A stretch of 64,000 nucleotides of DNA. Source: Pristiophorus japonicus (taxonomy: Eukaryota). The notes below the pieces were generated by a model. It did no database searches. It was given only the letters and a program-made list of their open reading frames with translations, and had not been told where the DNA came from. The stretch covers positions 16,120,001 to 16,184,000 of the forward strand of contig NC_091995.1 of assembly GCF_044704955.1 (NCBI RefSeq), read 5' to 3'. Shown here piece by piece: positions 34,565 through 46,979 of this stretch (position 1 is its first letter; every line of letters begins with the position of its first letter). Made by a program: the position numbers and the translations under genes.

Positions 34565-36750
34565 GTGTGTAGGGTATAGAAGGTGCAGAATTCCTAAAAA
34601 TGCATTCAAGAGAAGTTTTTTAGCCAGCATATAGCAAGCCGAGCACGGGAGAGAACTGTTTTGGATTTAGTTTTCGGGAATGAAGCGGGGCACGTGGAAG
34701 GGGTATCAATGCCAGGGCATTTAGGTGCTAGTGACCATAATTCAGTTAGATTTAAGGTCGTTCTGGAAAAGTACAAGGTTAGTTCATGAATAAAAGTTCT
34801 AAATTGTGGAAAAGCCAACTTTGCTAAGCTGAGAGGTGATTTAGCCATGGTGGACTGGAAACAGTTATTGAAGGTAAATCAGTGTCATAGCAGTAGGAGG
34901 CAATCAACAAGGAAATCCGCAGGATTCAGGCCAAATATGTACCCTTAAAAAAAAAAGGTGAGACTAACAAATCTAGAGCCCCCTGAATGTCTTGGGACAT
35001 ACAGAGTAGGATAAAGAAAAAAAGGGAAGCTCATGACAGATACCGAGGGCTAAATTCTGCAGAATTTCTCGAGGAGTTTAGAAAGTCCAGGGGTGAGAAC
35101 AAAAAGGATATTAGGAAAGCAAAGAGAAAGCATGAAAAATTCTTGGCAAGTAAAATCAAGGAAAACCCAGAGATGTTTTATACATATATTAAGAGCAATA
35201 GGATAAGTAAAGCAAAGGTAGAGCCTATTAGAGACCATGAGAGTAATCTGTGTGTGGAGCCGGAAAATGTGGGTATGGTTTTTAATGAATCCTTTGAATC
35301 GGTTTTCATAAAAAACAGGGACGATGCAGACACTGCTATCGAGGAGGAGTGTGAAATATTAGATGAAATAAACATACTGAGAGAGAGGGTATTCAGGGTT
35401 TTAGTAGCTTTCAAAGTGGATAAGTCCCCAGGCCTGGATGAAATGTATCCCAGGCTGTTAAGCGAAATAGCAGATGCTTTGACGATCATTTTCCCATCCT
35501 CTCTGGCTTCAGGTGTGGTGCCAGAGGACTGGAGGACTGCTAATGTGGAACCTTTGTTTAATAAGGGAGAAAGGGAGAGAACAAGTAATTACAGGCACTC
35601 AGCCTAACCACAGCTGTGGGGAAATTATTGGGAAAAAATCCTAAAGGACAGGTTAATCTACATTTAGAAAGACACGGGTTAATCAGGGACAGTCAGCACG
35701 GATTTCTTAATGGAAGATTGTTTCTGAATAACTTGATTGAATTTTTCGAGGAGGTAGCCAGGTGAGTCGATGAAGGTAGTGCATATGATGTAGTGTACAT
35801 GGATTTTAGCAAAGCTTTCGGTAACGCACCACATGGCAGACTGGTCACGAATGTAAAAGCCCATGGGATCCAGGGCAACGTGGCAAATTGGATCGAAAAT
35901 TGGCTTAGAGGCAGCAATCAAAGGGTACTGGTTGATGGGTGTTTTTGTGAGAGGAAGGATGTTTCCAGTGGGGTTTCAAAGGGCTCAGTGCTAGATCCCT
36001 TGCTTTTTGTGATATACTTCCAGGCTCTTGACTTCAATATAGGAGCTATGATTAAGAAGTTTGCAGATGATACAAAAATAGGCTGTGTGGTTGATAATGA
36101 AGAAGAAAGCTGCGGACTGCAGGAAGATGTCAATCAACTGGTCAGGTGGCCAGAACAATGGCAAATGGAATTTAATCCAGAGAAGTGTGAGGTAATGCAT
36201 TTGGGGAGTGCTAACAAGGAAAGTGAATACACATTAAATGGTAGGACATTGAGAAGTGTAGAGGAACAAAGGGACCTTGGAGTGCATGTCCACAGATCCT
36301 TTAAAGTTGCAGGTCAGGTCGATAAGGTGGTTAAGAAGGCATACGTAATGCTTGCCTTTATTAGATGAGACATAGAATACAAGAGCATGAGGGTTATGCT
36401 TGAATTGCATTAAACACTAGTTAGGTCACAGCTTGAGTACTGCGCGCAGTTCTGGTCACCACATTACAGGAAGGACGTGATTTCACTGCAGAGGGTACAG
36501 GGGAGATTTACGAGGATGTTGCGGGGAGTGGAAAGTCTTAGTTGTGAGGACAGATTGGATAGGCTGGGTTTGTTTTCCTTGGAACAGAAGAGGCTTAGGT
36601 GAGACCTCTTTGACGTTATTAAGGGCCTAGTGGACAGGATAGAAAGGACCTATTTCCCTGAGCAGCGGGGTCAACAACAACGGGGCATAAATTTAAAGTA
36701 ACTGGAAGAAGGTTTAGAGGGGAATTTTTTTCACTTAGAGGGTTATGAGG
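34565..36750 (+). mobile_element. CR1 ORF2 segment (~2.2 kb) between the inverted arms
   Basis: ORFs 34987..35607 and 35793..36368 (MDFSKAF, FADD). Confidence 0.9.
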
Positions 36751-36810
36751 GTCTGACCCACATGTGAGAGCACTACTTATTGCACCACAGTCGATACTAA
36801 AATCCGACAC

Positions 36811-36883
36811 CACATATGGTGGGACTCCAGCCCACAATCCCAGGTTTAGAAAGCTATTGCCTTATCCATTAGGCCACCGGAAG
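36811..36883 (-). pseudogene. tRNA-Arg-derived copy, inverted partner of 34026
   Basis: Shares CCGGTGGCC, TCT loop and the GGGCTGGAGTCCC variant. Confidence 0.75.
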
Positions 36884-37098
36884 TACTACAGAACGTGCTT
36901 TGTCCCCTCCATTATCTCAGTCTGCTTCAAGTTTCAAAATACAAAATAAAAAATCTATTGCAACTGATGAGGCAAATCAAATAATGATTCGTTGAGATCA
37001 AACTTTTAAATGCCCAAAGATTGCAGGAAGACGGAGGGATGGTTAAGTGTGCCGCATTTCTGAACACTTGGAGCAAAGTAGAAGCGAAGTTTACAGCA

Positions 37099-37158
37099 TC
37101 CCCAGTGGCCGAATGGATCAGGCACTGATGTCCAGAGCCGGGGACTGTGGGCTCGAGT
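37099..37158 (+). pseudogene. 3'-truncated tRNA-Arg(CCG)-type remnant
   Basis: CCCAGTGGCCGAATGGATCAGGCACTGATGTCCAGAGCCGGGGACTGTGGGCTCGAGT. Confidence 0.65.
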
Positions 37159-37523
37159 AAGAAAGTTATTCCCGGTGTCCTGGCCAATTCTTATACCTCA
37201 TCCAACATCACCAAAAAAACGGTTATTTATTCATCATCACGTTCCTGTTTGTGGGATCTTGCTTTGTGCAAATTGGCTGCCGCATTTCGTGCAATATAAC
37301 AATGACAACACTTTGGCTGCGAAGCACTTTGGGGCATCCTGAGGTCGCGAATGGCGTTGCATTTGAAGCCAAGTTCTTGTTTCTTTTAAATTTCAACACA
37401 ATGGAGACAGTCATAATCTGCTGACTAGATTTTTGTGCTAGTGTCTGGAGTGGGACCAACAGCCTCTGACCCAGAGCTGAGAGTGTTAACCACTGAGCCG
37501 TGGCAGGTGGTCAAATATTAAAT

Positions 37524-37596
37524 CATCCTAAATGAGAGGCAAACCCAGTATCCCTGATTTCGGAGGCCAGTGCCTTATGCATTAGACCACTCGGTT
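37524..37596 (-). pseudogene. Degenerate tRNA-Arg(CCG) copy
   Basis: GTGGTCTAATGCATAAGGCACTGGCCTCCGAAATCAGGGATA. Confidence 0.7.
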
Positions 37597-38369
37597 GACG
37601 ATACGAAATGTTCGTCTCCTCTACTATCTCAGTCTACTCCAAGTTTTCAAATATAAAATAATAACACTATTTAAACTGGAAGCTAAAATTACAGGGAGGA
37701 CTACAGCAACTATCAGAACATTTAAGGGTAATCAGCATGTGAAGATATTTTGTTTTACAATGTGTTATTGAGAGCTACTGAGGTTTGACGTTTCAGCAAT
37801 GACTTCTTAATTTCTGATATTGAAGTAGAAAATAGCTCGGTTTTCGGATGTAGCACCAACGTCAGAGTGCATCATTATCAACAACTATATGTAGCTTTTA
37901 ACGTAATGAAATGTCCCAAGGCACAGGAGTATTATGAGACAAAACATTGACGAATTATCAGATGATTTAAATTATGTGGCTTGTGGATGATTTAAGACAT
38001 AAGACATAAGAAATAGGAGCTGGATTCGGCCCCGACTGCCCCTCGAGGCTCCTCCGCCATTCAATAAAATCATGGCCTGTCATCGACCTCAACTTCACCT
38101 TCCCGCCTTATCTCCATATACTTTGTTCCCATAGAGAATGCAAATTTGTGGGATATTATTAATAAACAAAAGCAGGTTAATATGTTGGCCAGTTTATATT
38201 GTTAAATGAGCCAAATTAATCCCATTTTGATCATCAGCAGGGTTTCATAAGGATAGCTGCTTGGAAATGTAATCGGGGCATATTTGTACCAAGCTCAAGT
38301 TATTTATAAGTGCATAAATAAAAAGAAAAAGCTGCAAAATGTTACGTAGTAGATTGAACTCTGAGCTGT

Positions 38370-39075
38370 CACCCAACAATTGGAGTCAGATATATGTTGT
38401 CCGCCTCACAGAAGGTTTATTAAAACGCCATTAATTATCATTTCAATAACTCTGGTTGAAGAATATGGATCGTGTTCCTCTGGTCCCTACTATGTATCGA
38501 CATCTTCAAAACGTTGATCAGCGTTTCTGGGTGAATCGTAAGCATCCGTTCAAAGAATTCCTAGACAATTTGGATAGAAATATTGAACTGAAGGACGCTT
38601 TAAGAACATATTTGTCCCGTGGAATATTTGTTTTCCCGATGGTGATTTTAACCGTACAATTACAGGGCGCACATTCAGAAGGGTGTCCCACTAGTACACA
38701 CAGTTTAAAGGGGCATACAGTTAGTTTACCATTGCCGGCTGCATGCGAGCATTGCGAGCAGAAGAGCCAAAAACCTCGGTGCGCGCGCGGAACAGGAGTT
38801 AAACTGGTTGCCGCTCTGTCTGCTTATTTCCTCCTTCCTAAGATGACCGACTAATGTCAGTATTTACTCGGTGCTCTGAGGAAACACATTGCCTTTTTTT
38901 TTACGTAACAATGCAGAATACGTATAATTCACGGTTAGAGATTCGTATGCTCTGCTGCAGGGCTCAATTGCACCGATATTTATCAAATAAAATTAAAATT
39001 CGGCGCTTTCTACAACTGGCATTCATTGGCAACGACAGGTTTGCAGCCGCAGTGCATTTGGAAATCAATCCACAT
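38370..39075 (+). repeat. X unit, copy 3 (ORF intact: ATG 38465 to 38854, 129 aa)
   Basis: ORF track 38456..38854; homology to the other copies. Confidence 0.85.
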
Positions 39076-39130
39076 ATATATTTACATGTATATATAAACC
39101 AGACACACTCACACGTATATACATGTATCG

Positions 39131-40162
39131 ACACACCAGCGAGTTTACACTAGGGAGAAGTCGTTCACCCGCTCCATGTTTGGGAAGGGATTCACTCGGC
39201 CATCCACAGTTCTAAAGCACCAGCTGGTTCATATCAGGGATAGATCATTCACCTACTCTGAGTGTTGGAAGGGATTCATTCGGTCAACGAGACTGCCTAC
39301 ACACCAGCGAGTTCACACTGGGGAGAGGCCATTCACCTGCTCCACGTGTGGTAAGGGATTCACTCACTTTTCCAGCCTGCTAAAACACCAGCGAGTTCAC
39401 ACTGGGGAGAGACCTTTTATCTGCTCAGTGTGTGGGAAGGGATTCACTCACTTTTCCAGCCTGCTAAAACACCAGCGAGTTCACACTGGGGAGAGACCAT
39501 TCACCTGCTCCACGTGTGGGAAGGGATTCACTCACTTTTCCAGCCTGCTAAAACACCAGCGAGTTCACACTGGGGAGAGACCTTTTATCTGCTCAGTGTG
39601 TGGGAAGGGATTCACTCACTTTTCCAGCCTGCTAAAACACCAGCGAGTTCACACTGGGGAGAGACCATTCACCTGCTCCACGTGTGGGAAGGGATTCACT
39701 CACTTTTCCAGCCTGCTAAAATACCAGCGAGTTCACACTGGGGAGAGACCTTTTATCTGCTCAGTGTGTGGGAAGGGATTCACTCAGTCACCCAATCTGC
39801 TGACACACCAGCGCGTTCACACTGGGCAGAGGCCATTCACCTGCTCCACGTGTGGGAAGGGATTCACTCACTTTTCCAGCCTGCTAAAACACCAGCGAGT
39901 TCACACTGGGGAGAGACCTTTTATCTGCTCAGTGTGTGGGAAGGGATTCACTCAGTCACCCAATCTGCTGACACACCAGCGAGTTCACACTGGGGAGAGA
40001 CCTTTTATCTGCTCAGTGTGTGGGAAGGGATTCACTCAGTCACCCAATCTGCTGAAACACCAGCGAGTTCACACTGGGGAGAGATCGTTTATCTGCTCAG
40101 TGTGTGGGAAGGGATTCACTCAGTCACCCAATCTGCTGAGGCACCTGCGAGTTCACAAGTGA
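39131..40162 (+). pseudogene. C2H2 (Krueppel-type) zinc-finger array, 5'-truncated gene or pseudogene; open frame 39176..40162
   Basis: Ten CxxC...HxxxH-type fingers with TGERP linkers (one His to Tyr), preceded by two degenerate fingers; begins mid-finger directly after a microsatellite. Confidence 0.85.
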
Positions 40163-40349
40163 TTGCAGTGTTTGGATTCTGCTGTTATTGCTGCTGTTAT
40201 TCACATCCTACTGAATCGTGTTCATTCTGTTAGTTGGTGTTTGTTTCTGCTGCTGTTAATGAACCTTTAACTAGGTTGGAGTTTAGTATTTTGATATTTC
40301 AATTAACGGTGCGTCGATATTTGATGACTCCAAGATAAGAGGAGACCAA

Positions 40350-40800
40350 CTAATGTCCTGTTACTGACTGCTCCATTTTTGATCGGGGAGGAGGAGTCGT
40401 GAGAGATCGGGGTCCAGGAGCATTGTGATCGGGGCCCAGGAAAGGCGAGGGTTCAGGGCCCAGAAGAGGCGAGGGCCCATGGGGAGCACGGGCCAGCCCA
40501 CGTTGCGATCTATGGATAGTAGAAGCATGTGTGCGCACTAGGTCCATGCAGCAGAGCTTGGTCTCCAGTCGTCTTGGTTAACCCTTGCCAGTGAATCTAG
40601 ACCTATCTCTTTCAAGCCCGTGTGGTGGCTGGTGTACAACGGCCACCCCACGTTAAAAGAATCCATGCACAGGCATCTTCCACCCTTCAGTAAGTCGTTC
40701 GGGACCTAGAATGTCAGGTCCATCATGAAAATACCTGTGGACTCATCCCTTTTTGGTGTGAAAGCGTGTCATCCTCGATTCGAGGGACTGCCTAATACTT
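40350..40800 (+). mobile_element. Non-autonomous RTE-derived element (GC-rich 5' part, RTE 5'UTR, RTE 3' end)
   Basis: GGTCTCCAGTCGTCTTG...GGCCACCCCACGTTAAAAGAA joined to CCTCGATTCGAGGGACTGCCTA. Confidence 0.7.
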
Positions 40801-40887
40801 TACTCATACATGTATATACTCATAATTATAAATATTTTAATGTATATATATATATACATATACACAAATATATATACAAACACGCAC

Positions 40888-41812
40888 ATTTTGTGGTATA
40901 TGTCAATGACTTAGACTTGAATGTATGGGGTATGATTAAGAAGTTTCTATGATACCAAAATAGGCTGTGTGGTTGCGAATGAAGAAGAAAGCTGCGGACT
41001 GCAACATGGTATCAATCAACTGCTCAGGTTGGCAGAAGAGTGGCAAATGGATTTCAATCCAGAGAAGAATAAGGTAATGCATTTGCGGAGGGCTAACAAG
41101 GCATGGGAATACCCATTAAATGGTACGACACTGAGAAGCGTAGAGGAACAAAGGGCACGTTGGAGTGAATGTCCACAGATCCCTGAAAGTTGCAGGCCAG
41201 GTAGATAAGATGGTTAAGAAGGCACACGGATTATTTGCCTTTATTAGCCGAGGCATATAATACAACAGGGTGGTTATGCTTGAACTGTATACAACATTAC
41301 TTATGCCAGTTAGAGTACTGCAATCAGTTCTGGTCACCACATTACAGGAAAGATGTGATTGCACTAGAGACGGTGCAGAGAAGGTTTAACGAGGATGTTA
41401 CCTCGTGTGGAGAATTTTAGCAATGAGGAAAGATTGGATCGGCTGGGTTTATTTTCTTTGGAACGGAGGAGGCTGTGGGGAAAAGCTATTGATGAGTATA
41501 CATTTATATGGGGCCAAGATAGAGTGGATAGGAAGGACTTGTTTCCCTTGGCAGAGGGATCAACAGCCATGGGGCATAAATACTAAGTAATTGGTAGGAG
41601 GTTTAGGGGGGAATGAGGGGACATTTTTTCACCCAGAGGGTGGTCTGAGTCTGGAACTTACTTGGATGTGCACTTGAAGTGACGTAACCTACAAGGCTAC
41701 GGACCTGTCGCTGAAAAGTGGGAATCGGCCGGATAGCTCTTTGTCGGCCGGAGATGATACAATGGGACGAAATGGCTTCTTTCCGTATTGTAAATTTCTA
41801 TGACTCTATGAT
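40888..41812 (+). mobile_element. 5'-truncated CR1 (tandem duplicate 1)
   Basis: CR1 RT C-terminus and 3' tail. Confidence 0.88.
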
Positions 41813-42382
41813 TTTACATGCACACAATCATATATGCATGCACACACACGTATGTATTATATACATGTATTTATATATACACACACACATATACATATAC
41901 ATATATATATCAGAATAAAATTGAATTATGTTATGTCAAAATTCAGTTACCACTTACGCCTGGTTTCCAGTTTGGTCATATTGGTTAAGCCCCATCTTGC
42001 TTTCCCGTTAACTATACACACTGAAAATAAAGAAAATGAAGAATTGCATTTATATAGCACATTTCACAACCAAATTAAATAATTTTTGAAGTGCAGTCGC
42101 TGTTGTAATGTAGGAAATGCGGCTGCAAGTTGCGCACTGCAAGCTCCCACAAAGTTGATAACCACTGGATAATCTGTTCTTTTTTGTGATGTTGGATGAG
42201 GGATGACCAGAACACCGGGGAAGACTTCGTGGGATCTATTGCGACCACCTCAGAGAGCAGATGGGGGTCTCGGTTTAAAGTCTCATCCGAAAGACGGCAC
42301 TCTGTGAGTCAGCCTGGATATTTCTGGTCCCAGAGATGAGAGTGCTGCCCACTGAGACACGGCTGCTACTAAAATGTCAATT

Positions 42383-42455
42383 CACCTCAAATGGGACTCG
42401 AACCCACAAGCCCTCAGTAAGGAGACCAGTGCCTTATTCATTAGGCCACTGGGAC
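42383..42455 (-). pseudogene. tRNA-Arg(CCT)-derived copy
   Basis: GTCCCAGTGGCCTAATGAATAAGGCACTGGTCTCCTTACTGAGGGCTTGTGGGTTCGAGTCCCATTTGAGGTG; anticodon stem broken. Confidence 0.8.
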
Positions 42456-42754
42456 TGGTAGACGCAATCCCCTTACTATCTCACTCTACTTTTAACGTAT
42501 TCAAAAATGCGGCACACATAATCATCCTCCGTCTTCTTGCAATCTTCGGGCTTTTAAAAGTCAAATTTGAGCTCATCTGATAATTACTTGATTTGCCTCA
42601 TCCTCTCCCCTGCTCGTTTCAACCTCGGTTCCTCATTTAGAAAGTTAGAAACATACAGCACTCTCTCTTTCCGCCTGTCCCATGTCTTCCGTTTATGTTA
42701 GCTCCAACACAAGACGGGTGAGAGCTCACAGTTCAACCTAACACTTAACATTTC

Positions 42755-43640
42755 ATTAAAAAATATGCTTCCTGACATCAGATGAGGGGCAGATTTTGGC
42801 TTTGGTATAGATGTTAACTTCGTGCGATAACGTCAAACGGGCGATGTCAATGAAAATATCAATGGCTAGAGATGGAAAACGGACTGCAATTGGCTATCAC
42901 CCGTAAAAATCTTACCCAACAGTCGGAGTCAGATATATGTTTTCCGCCTCACAGAAATTTTATTAAAATGCTATTAATTATCATTTCGGTAATTCTGGTT
43001 GAATAATATGGGTCGAATTCCTCTGGTCCCTCCTATGTATCGACATCTTGAAAACGTTGATCAGCATTTCTCGGTGAATCGGAAGCATTTGTTCAAAGAA
43101 TTCCTAGACAATCTGGATAGAATATTGAAACCTTTAAGAACGTATTTGCCCCGGTCGAATTCGTGTTTCTCCGCGGTGATTTTAAGCGAACAATTACAGG
43201 GCGCACAGTTAGGAGGGTGTCCCATTAACGCACACACTTTACAAGGGCACACAGTTAGTTTATCATCGCCGTCTATATGCGAGCGTTGCGAGCACAAGAG
43301 CCAGAAACCTCGATGCGCCGCACGGAACAGGAGTTAAACTGATTACCGCTCTGTCTGCTCATTTCCTCCTTCCTAAGATGACCGACTGATGTTAGTGTTT
43401 ACTCGGTGCTCTAAGAAAACACATTTTTTGTTTAACTTAGCAATGCAGAATACATATAATTCACACGTTAATGAGAAGGACATGGTTATAGATTTGCCTG
43501 TTCTGCTGCAGGGCTCCCACTGCACCGATATTTATCAAATAAAATTAATCATAAAATTAATCTTCGGCGCTTTCTATCATCGGCACTCGACCCGCAGCGA
43601 TAGGTTTATAGCCGGACAACATTTGGATATCAACCCACAC
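42755..43640 (+). repeat. X unit, copy 4
   Basis: ORF 42999..43337 (frameshifted relative to copy 3). Confidence 0.85.
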
Positions 43641-43769
43641 ACACATATATATATTATATATATATATATATACACATATGTATATATATATATATATGGA
43701 CATATAAAGCAGACACACTCACAGGTATATACATATATTTACACATACTTATATATATACAAACACACA

Positions 43770-44843
43770 CTTTTTGTGGTATATATCAATGATTTAGACT
43801 TGAATATACGGGGTATGATTAAGAAGTTTGCAGATGATACAAAAATAGGCTGTGTGGTTGATAATGAAGAAGAAAGCTGCGGACTGCGGGAAGATATCAA
43901 TCAACTGCTCAGTTGGGCAGAACAGTGCCACGTGGAATTCAATCCGGGTAAATGTGAGGTAATGCATTTGGGGAGTGCTAACAAGGGAAGGGAATACACA
44001 TTAAATAGTACGACACCGAGAAGGGTAGAGGAACAAAGAGACCTTGGAATGCATGTCCACAGATCCCTGAACGTAGCAGGCCAGGTGGTTAAGAAGACAT
44101 ACGATATATTTGACTTTATAAGCCGAGGCATAGAATACAAGAGCAGGGAGGTTATGCTTGAACTGCATTAAACACTAGTTAGGCCACAGCTAGACTACTG
44201 CAATCAGTTCTGTTCATCACATTACAGGAAAGATGTGATTGCACTCGACAGGGCGCAGAGGAGGTTTACGAGAATGTTGCCTGGACTGGAGAATTTTAGC
44301 TATGAGGAACAATTGGATAGGCTGGGTTTATTTTCTTTGGAACAGAGGAGGCTGAGGGGAAACCTTTTTGAAGTCTATAATATAATGAGGGTCCAAGATA
44401 GAATGGATAGGAAGAACCTATTTCCCTTGCCAGAGGCATCAACAGACAAGGGGCATAGATAACAAATAATTGGTAGGAGGTTTAGAGGGGATTTGGTGGC
44501 ACATTTTCTCACCCAGAGGGTGATGGGAGTCTGGAACTCGCTTGGATGTGCACTTGAAGTGATGTAACCTACAAGGCTCAGGACCATGAGCTGGAAAGTT
44601 GCAAACGCATTTCCTATATTACAACAGTGACTGCACTTCAAATAGTATTTAATTTGGTTGTGAAAGGTGCTATATAAATGTAATGTTTATTTTCAGTATG
44701 TAAAGTTAATGGGAACAGGATAGGGAGATAGCTATGCTACCAAACTGGAAACCAGGCGTAAGTGGTAATTGCATTTTTCATATAACATAATTATGTTTTA
44801 ATTCTGAATTATATATGTGTGTGTATATAAATATATGTGCGTG

Positions 44844-44881
<38 letters not shown>

Positions 44882-45085
44882 CGTGTGTGTGTGTATCAAT
44901 GTGTATATAAATACATGCATATATTTATATATTTAGACGTGTGTGTGTATGTGTGTGCGTGTGTGCGTGTGTCTGTATGTATATATGTGTGGATTAGGTT
45001 GGATAGCTCTTTGTTGGCTGGCGGGGACACAATGGGAAGAAATGTCTTCTTTCCATGATGTAAATTTCTATGATTGTATGATTCT
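43770..45085 (+). mobile_element. 5'-truncated CR1 (tandem duplicate 2) with an inverted local insert at ~44600-44988
   Basis: Same 5' truncation point and internal deletion as 40888..41812. Confidence 0.85.
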
Positions 45086-45706
45086 GCATACACACACAAA
45101 CACACACACGTACACATATATATACATGTATTTATATACACAAAGATACACATACACACATATATATATATATATATACACACATATTTATATACACACA
45201 CGTATATATTTCAGAATTAGAACAGAATTATGTTATATGAAAAATGCAGTTACCACTTACGCCTGGTTTCCAGTTTGGTTGCATTGCTACCTCCCCATCC
45301 GTTTCCCATTAACTTTTCGCGCTGAAAATAAAGAAAATAAAGAATTGCATTTATATAGCACCTTTACAAACAAATTAAATACTTTTTGAAGTGTAGTTAC
45401 CGTTGTAAAGTAGGAAATGAGGCTACAACTTGCGCAGAGCAAGCTCCCTCAAAAGTGATAATGGCTTGGTTATCTGTCTTTTTGTGATGTTGGATGAGGG
45501 AGGGCCAGGACACCGGGGAAGATTTCAAAAATACTTCAAGGGGTATTTTACAACCACCTCAGAGAGCAGACGGGGTCTCGCTTTAAAGTCTCATCCGAAA
45601 GACGACACCTGCGCTTTGCTACACTGTGTGTGTCAGCCTGGATATTTCTGATCCCAGAGATGAGGGTGCTGCCCACTGAGACACGGCTGCTACTAAAATG
45701 TTAATT

Positions 45707-45779
45707 CACGCAAGACGGGACTCAAACCCACAATCCCTGGCTTTGGAGGTCAGCGCCATATCTATTAAGCCGCTGGAGC
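45707..45779 (-). pseudogene. Degenerate tRNA-Arg copy (anticodon position CCA)
   Basis: GCTCCAGCGGCTTAATAGATATGGCGCTGACCTCCAAAGCCAGGGATTGTGGGTTTGAGTCCCG. Confidence 0.72.
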
Positions 45780-45865
45780 TGCTAAACGGTTCGCTTCTAC
45801 TATCTCACTCTACTTCAAGTTTTCAAAAATGCGGCACACATAACCATTCCCCGTCTTCTTGCAAT

Positions 45866-46697
45866 CAGATGAGAGGCAAATTTTGGCTTTAGGAATGGAT
45901 CTCGACTTCGTGCGATAGCGTCGAAAGGATGACGTCAATGGGGAAAGATGGAAAACGGGCTACCAATTGGCTATCACCCATTAAAATCGCACCTGACAGT
46001 CGGAGTCAGATGTATGTTTCCAGTCTCACAGAAGTTTTATTGAAATGCCATTAATTATTATTTCAATAATTCTGGTTGATTAATATGGGTCGAGTTCCTC
46101 AGGTCCCTCCTGTGTAGCGACATCTTGACAGCGTTTCTGGGTGAATCGTAAGCATCTGTTCAAAGAATTCCTAGACAATCTGGATAGAATTGTTGAACTG
46201 AAGGATCTTTTAAGAACGTATTTGCCCCGGCGAATTCTTGTTTACCCGATGGTAATTTTTACCGTACAATAACAGGGCGCACAGTCAGAAGGGCACTGAC
46301 AGGTACACACATTACAAGGGCACACTCAGTTAGTTTGCCATTGCCATCAGTATGCGAGGATTGCGAGCACAAGAGCCAGAAACCTCGGTGTGCCCAGCCG
46401 AACAGGAGTTAAACTGATTGCCGTTCTGTCTGCTTATGTCCTCCTTCCTAAGTTGGCCGACTGATGTCAGTATTTACTCGGGGCTCTAAGAAAACACGTT
46501 ATTCTACTTACCAATGCAGAATTCGTATAATTCGCACGTTAATGAGGAGGGAATAGTTATAGATTCGTCTGCTCTGCTGCAGGGTTCCCATTGCACCGTT
46601 ATTTATCAAATAAAATTAAAATTCGGCGTTTTCTTTTACCGGCACTCGACCCGCAGCGATAGGTTTGTAGCTGGACTGCATGTTGGAAGCAACACCC
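45866..46697 (+). repeat. X unit, copy 5
   Basis: Homology to the other copies; early TAG stop. Confidence 0.85.
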
Positions 46698-46773
46698 ATA
46701 TACAAATATATACACACATACATGCACGCACACTTATATATAAATGCATATACATATATACATAAACACACAC

Positions 46774-46804
<31 letters not shown>

Positions 46805-46847
46805 TACACACACACACACACAATACATGCACAAATATATACTCACA

Positions 46848-46979
46848 NNNNNNNNNNNNNNNNNNNNNNNNNNNNNNNNNNNNNNNNNNNNNNNNNNNNN
46901 NNNNNNNNNNNNNNNNNNNNNNNNNNNNNNNNNNNNNNNNNNNNNNNNNNNNNNNNNNNNNNNNNNNNNNNNNNNNNNN
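46848..46979. other. Assembly gap within (TA/CA)n microsatellite
   Basis: Ns flanked by TA/CA repeats. Confidence 1.

Larger units (their letters stand above)
32647..38373. repeat. Inverted segmental duplication, arms ~32647-34158 and ~36751-38373
   Basis: Arms are reverse complements and share diagnostic small insertions. Confidence 0.88.

Noticed and set aside
39430-40233. 267-aa alternative-frame ORF over the zinc-finger array
   Set aside because: A by-product of 84-bp repeats lacking stops in that frame; no independent evidence
43389-44171. 260-aa ORF as a real gene
   Set aside because: Read-through of the X-unit tail, a TA/CA microsatellite and CR1 RT (FADD); a chimeric frame
5169-45779. 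tRNA-targeting Dada transposon or Tx1 (Dewa-type) LINE as the cause of the array
   Set aside because: No transposase or Tx1-type ORF seen; all RT remnants are CR1, RTE or Penelope
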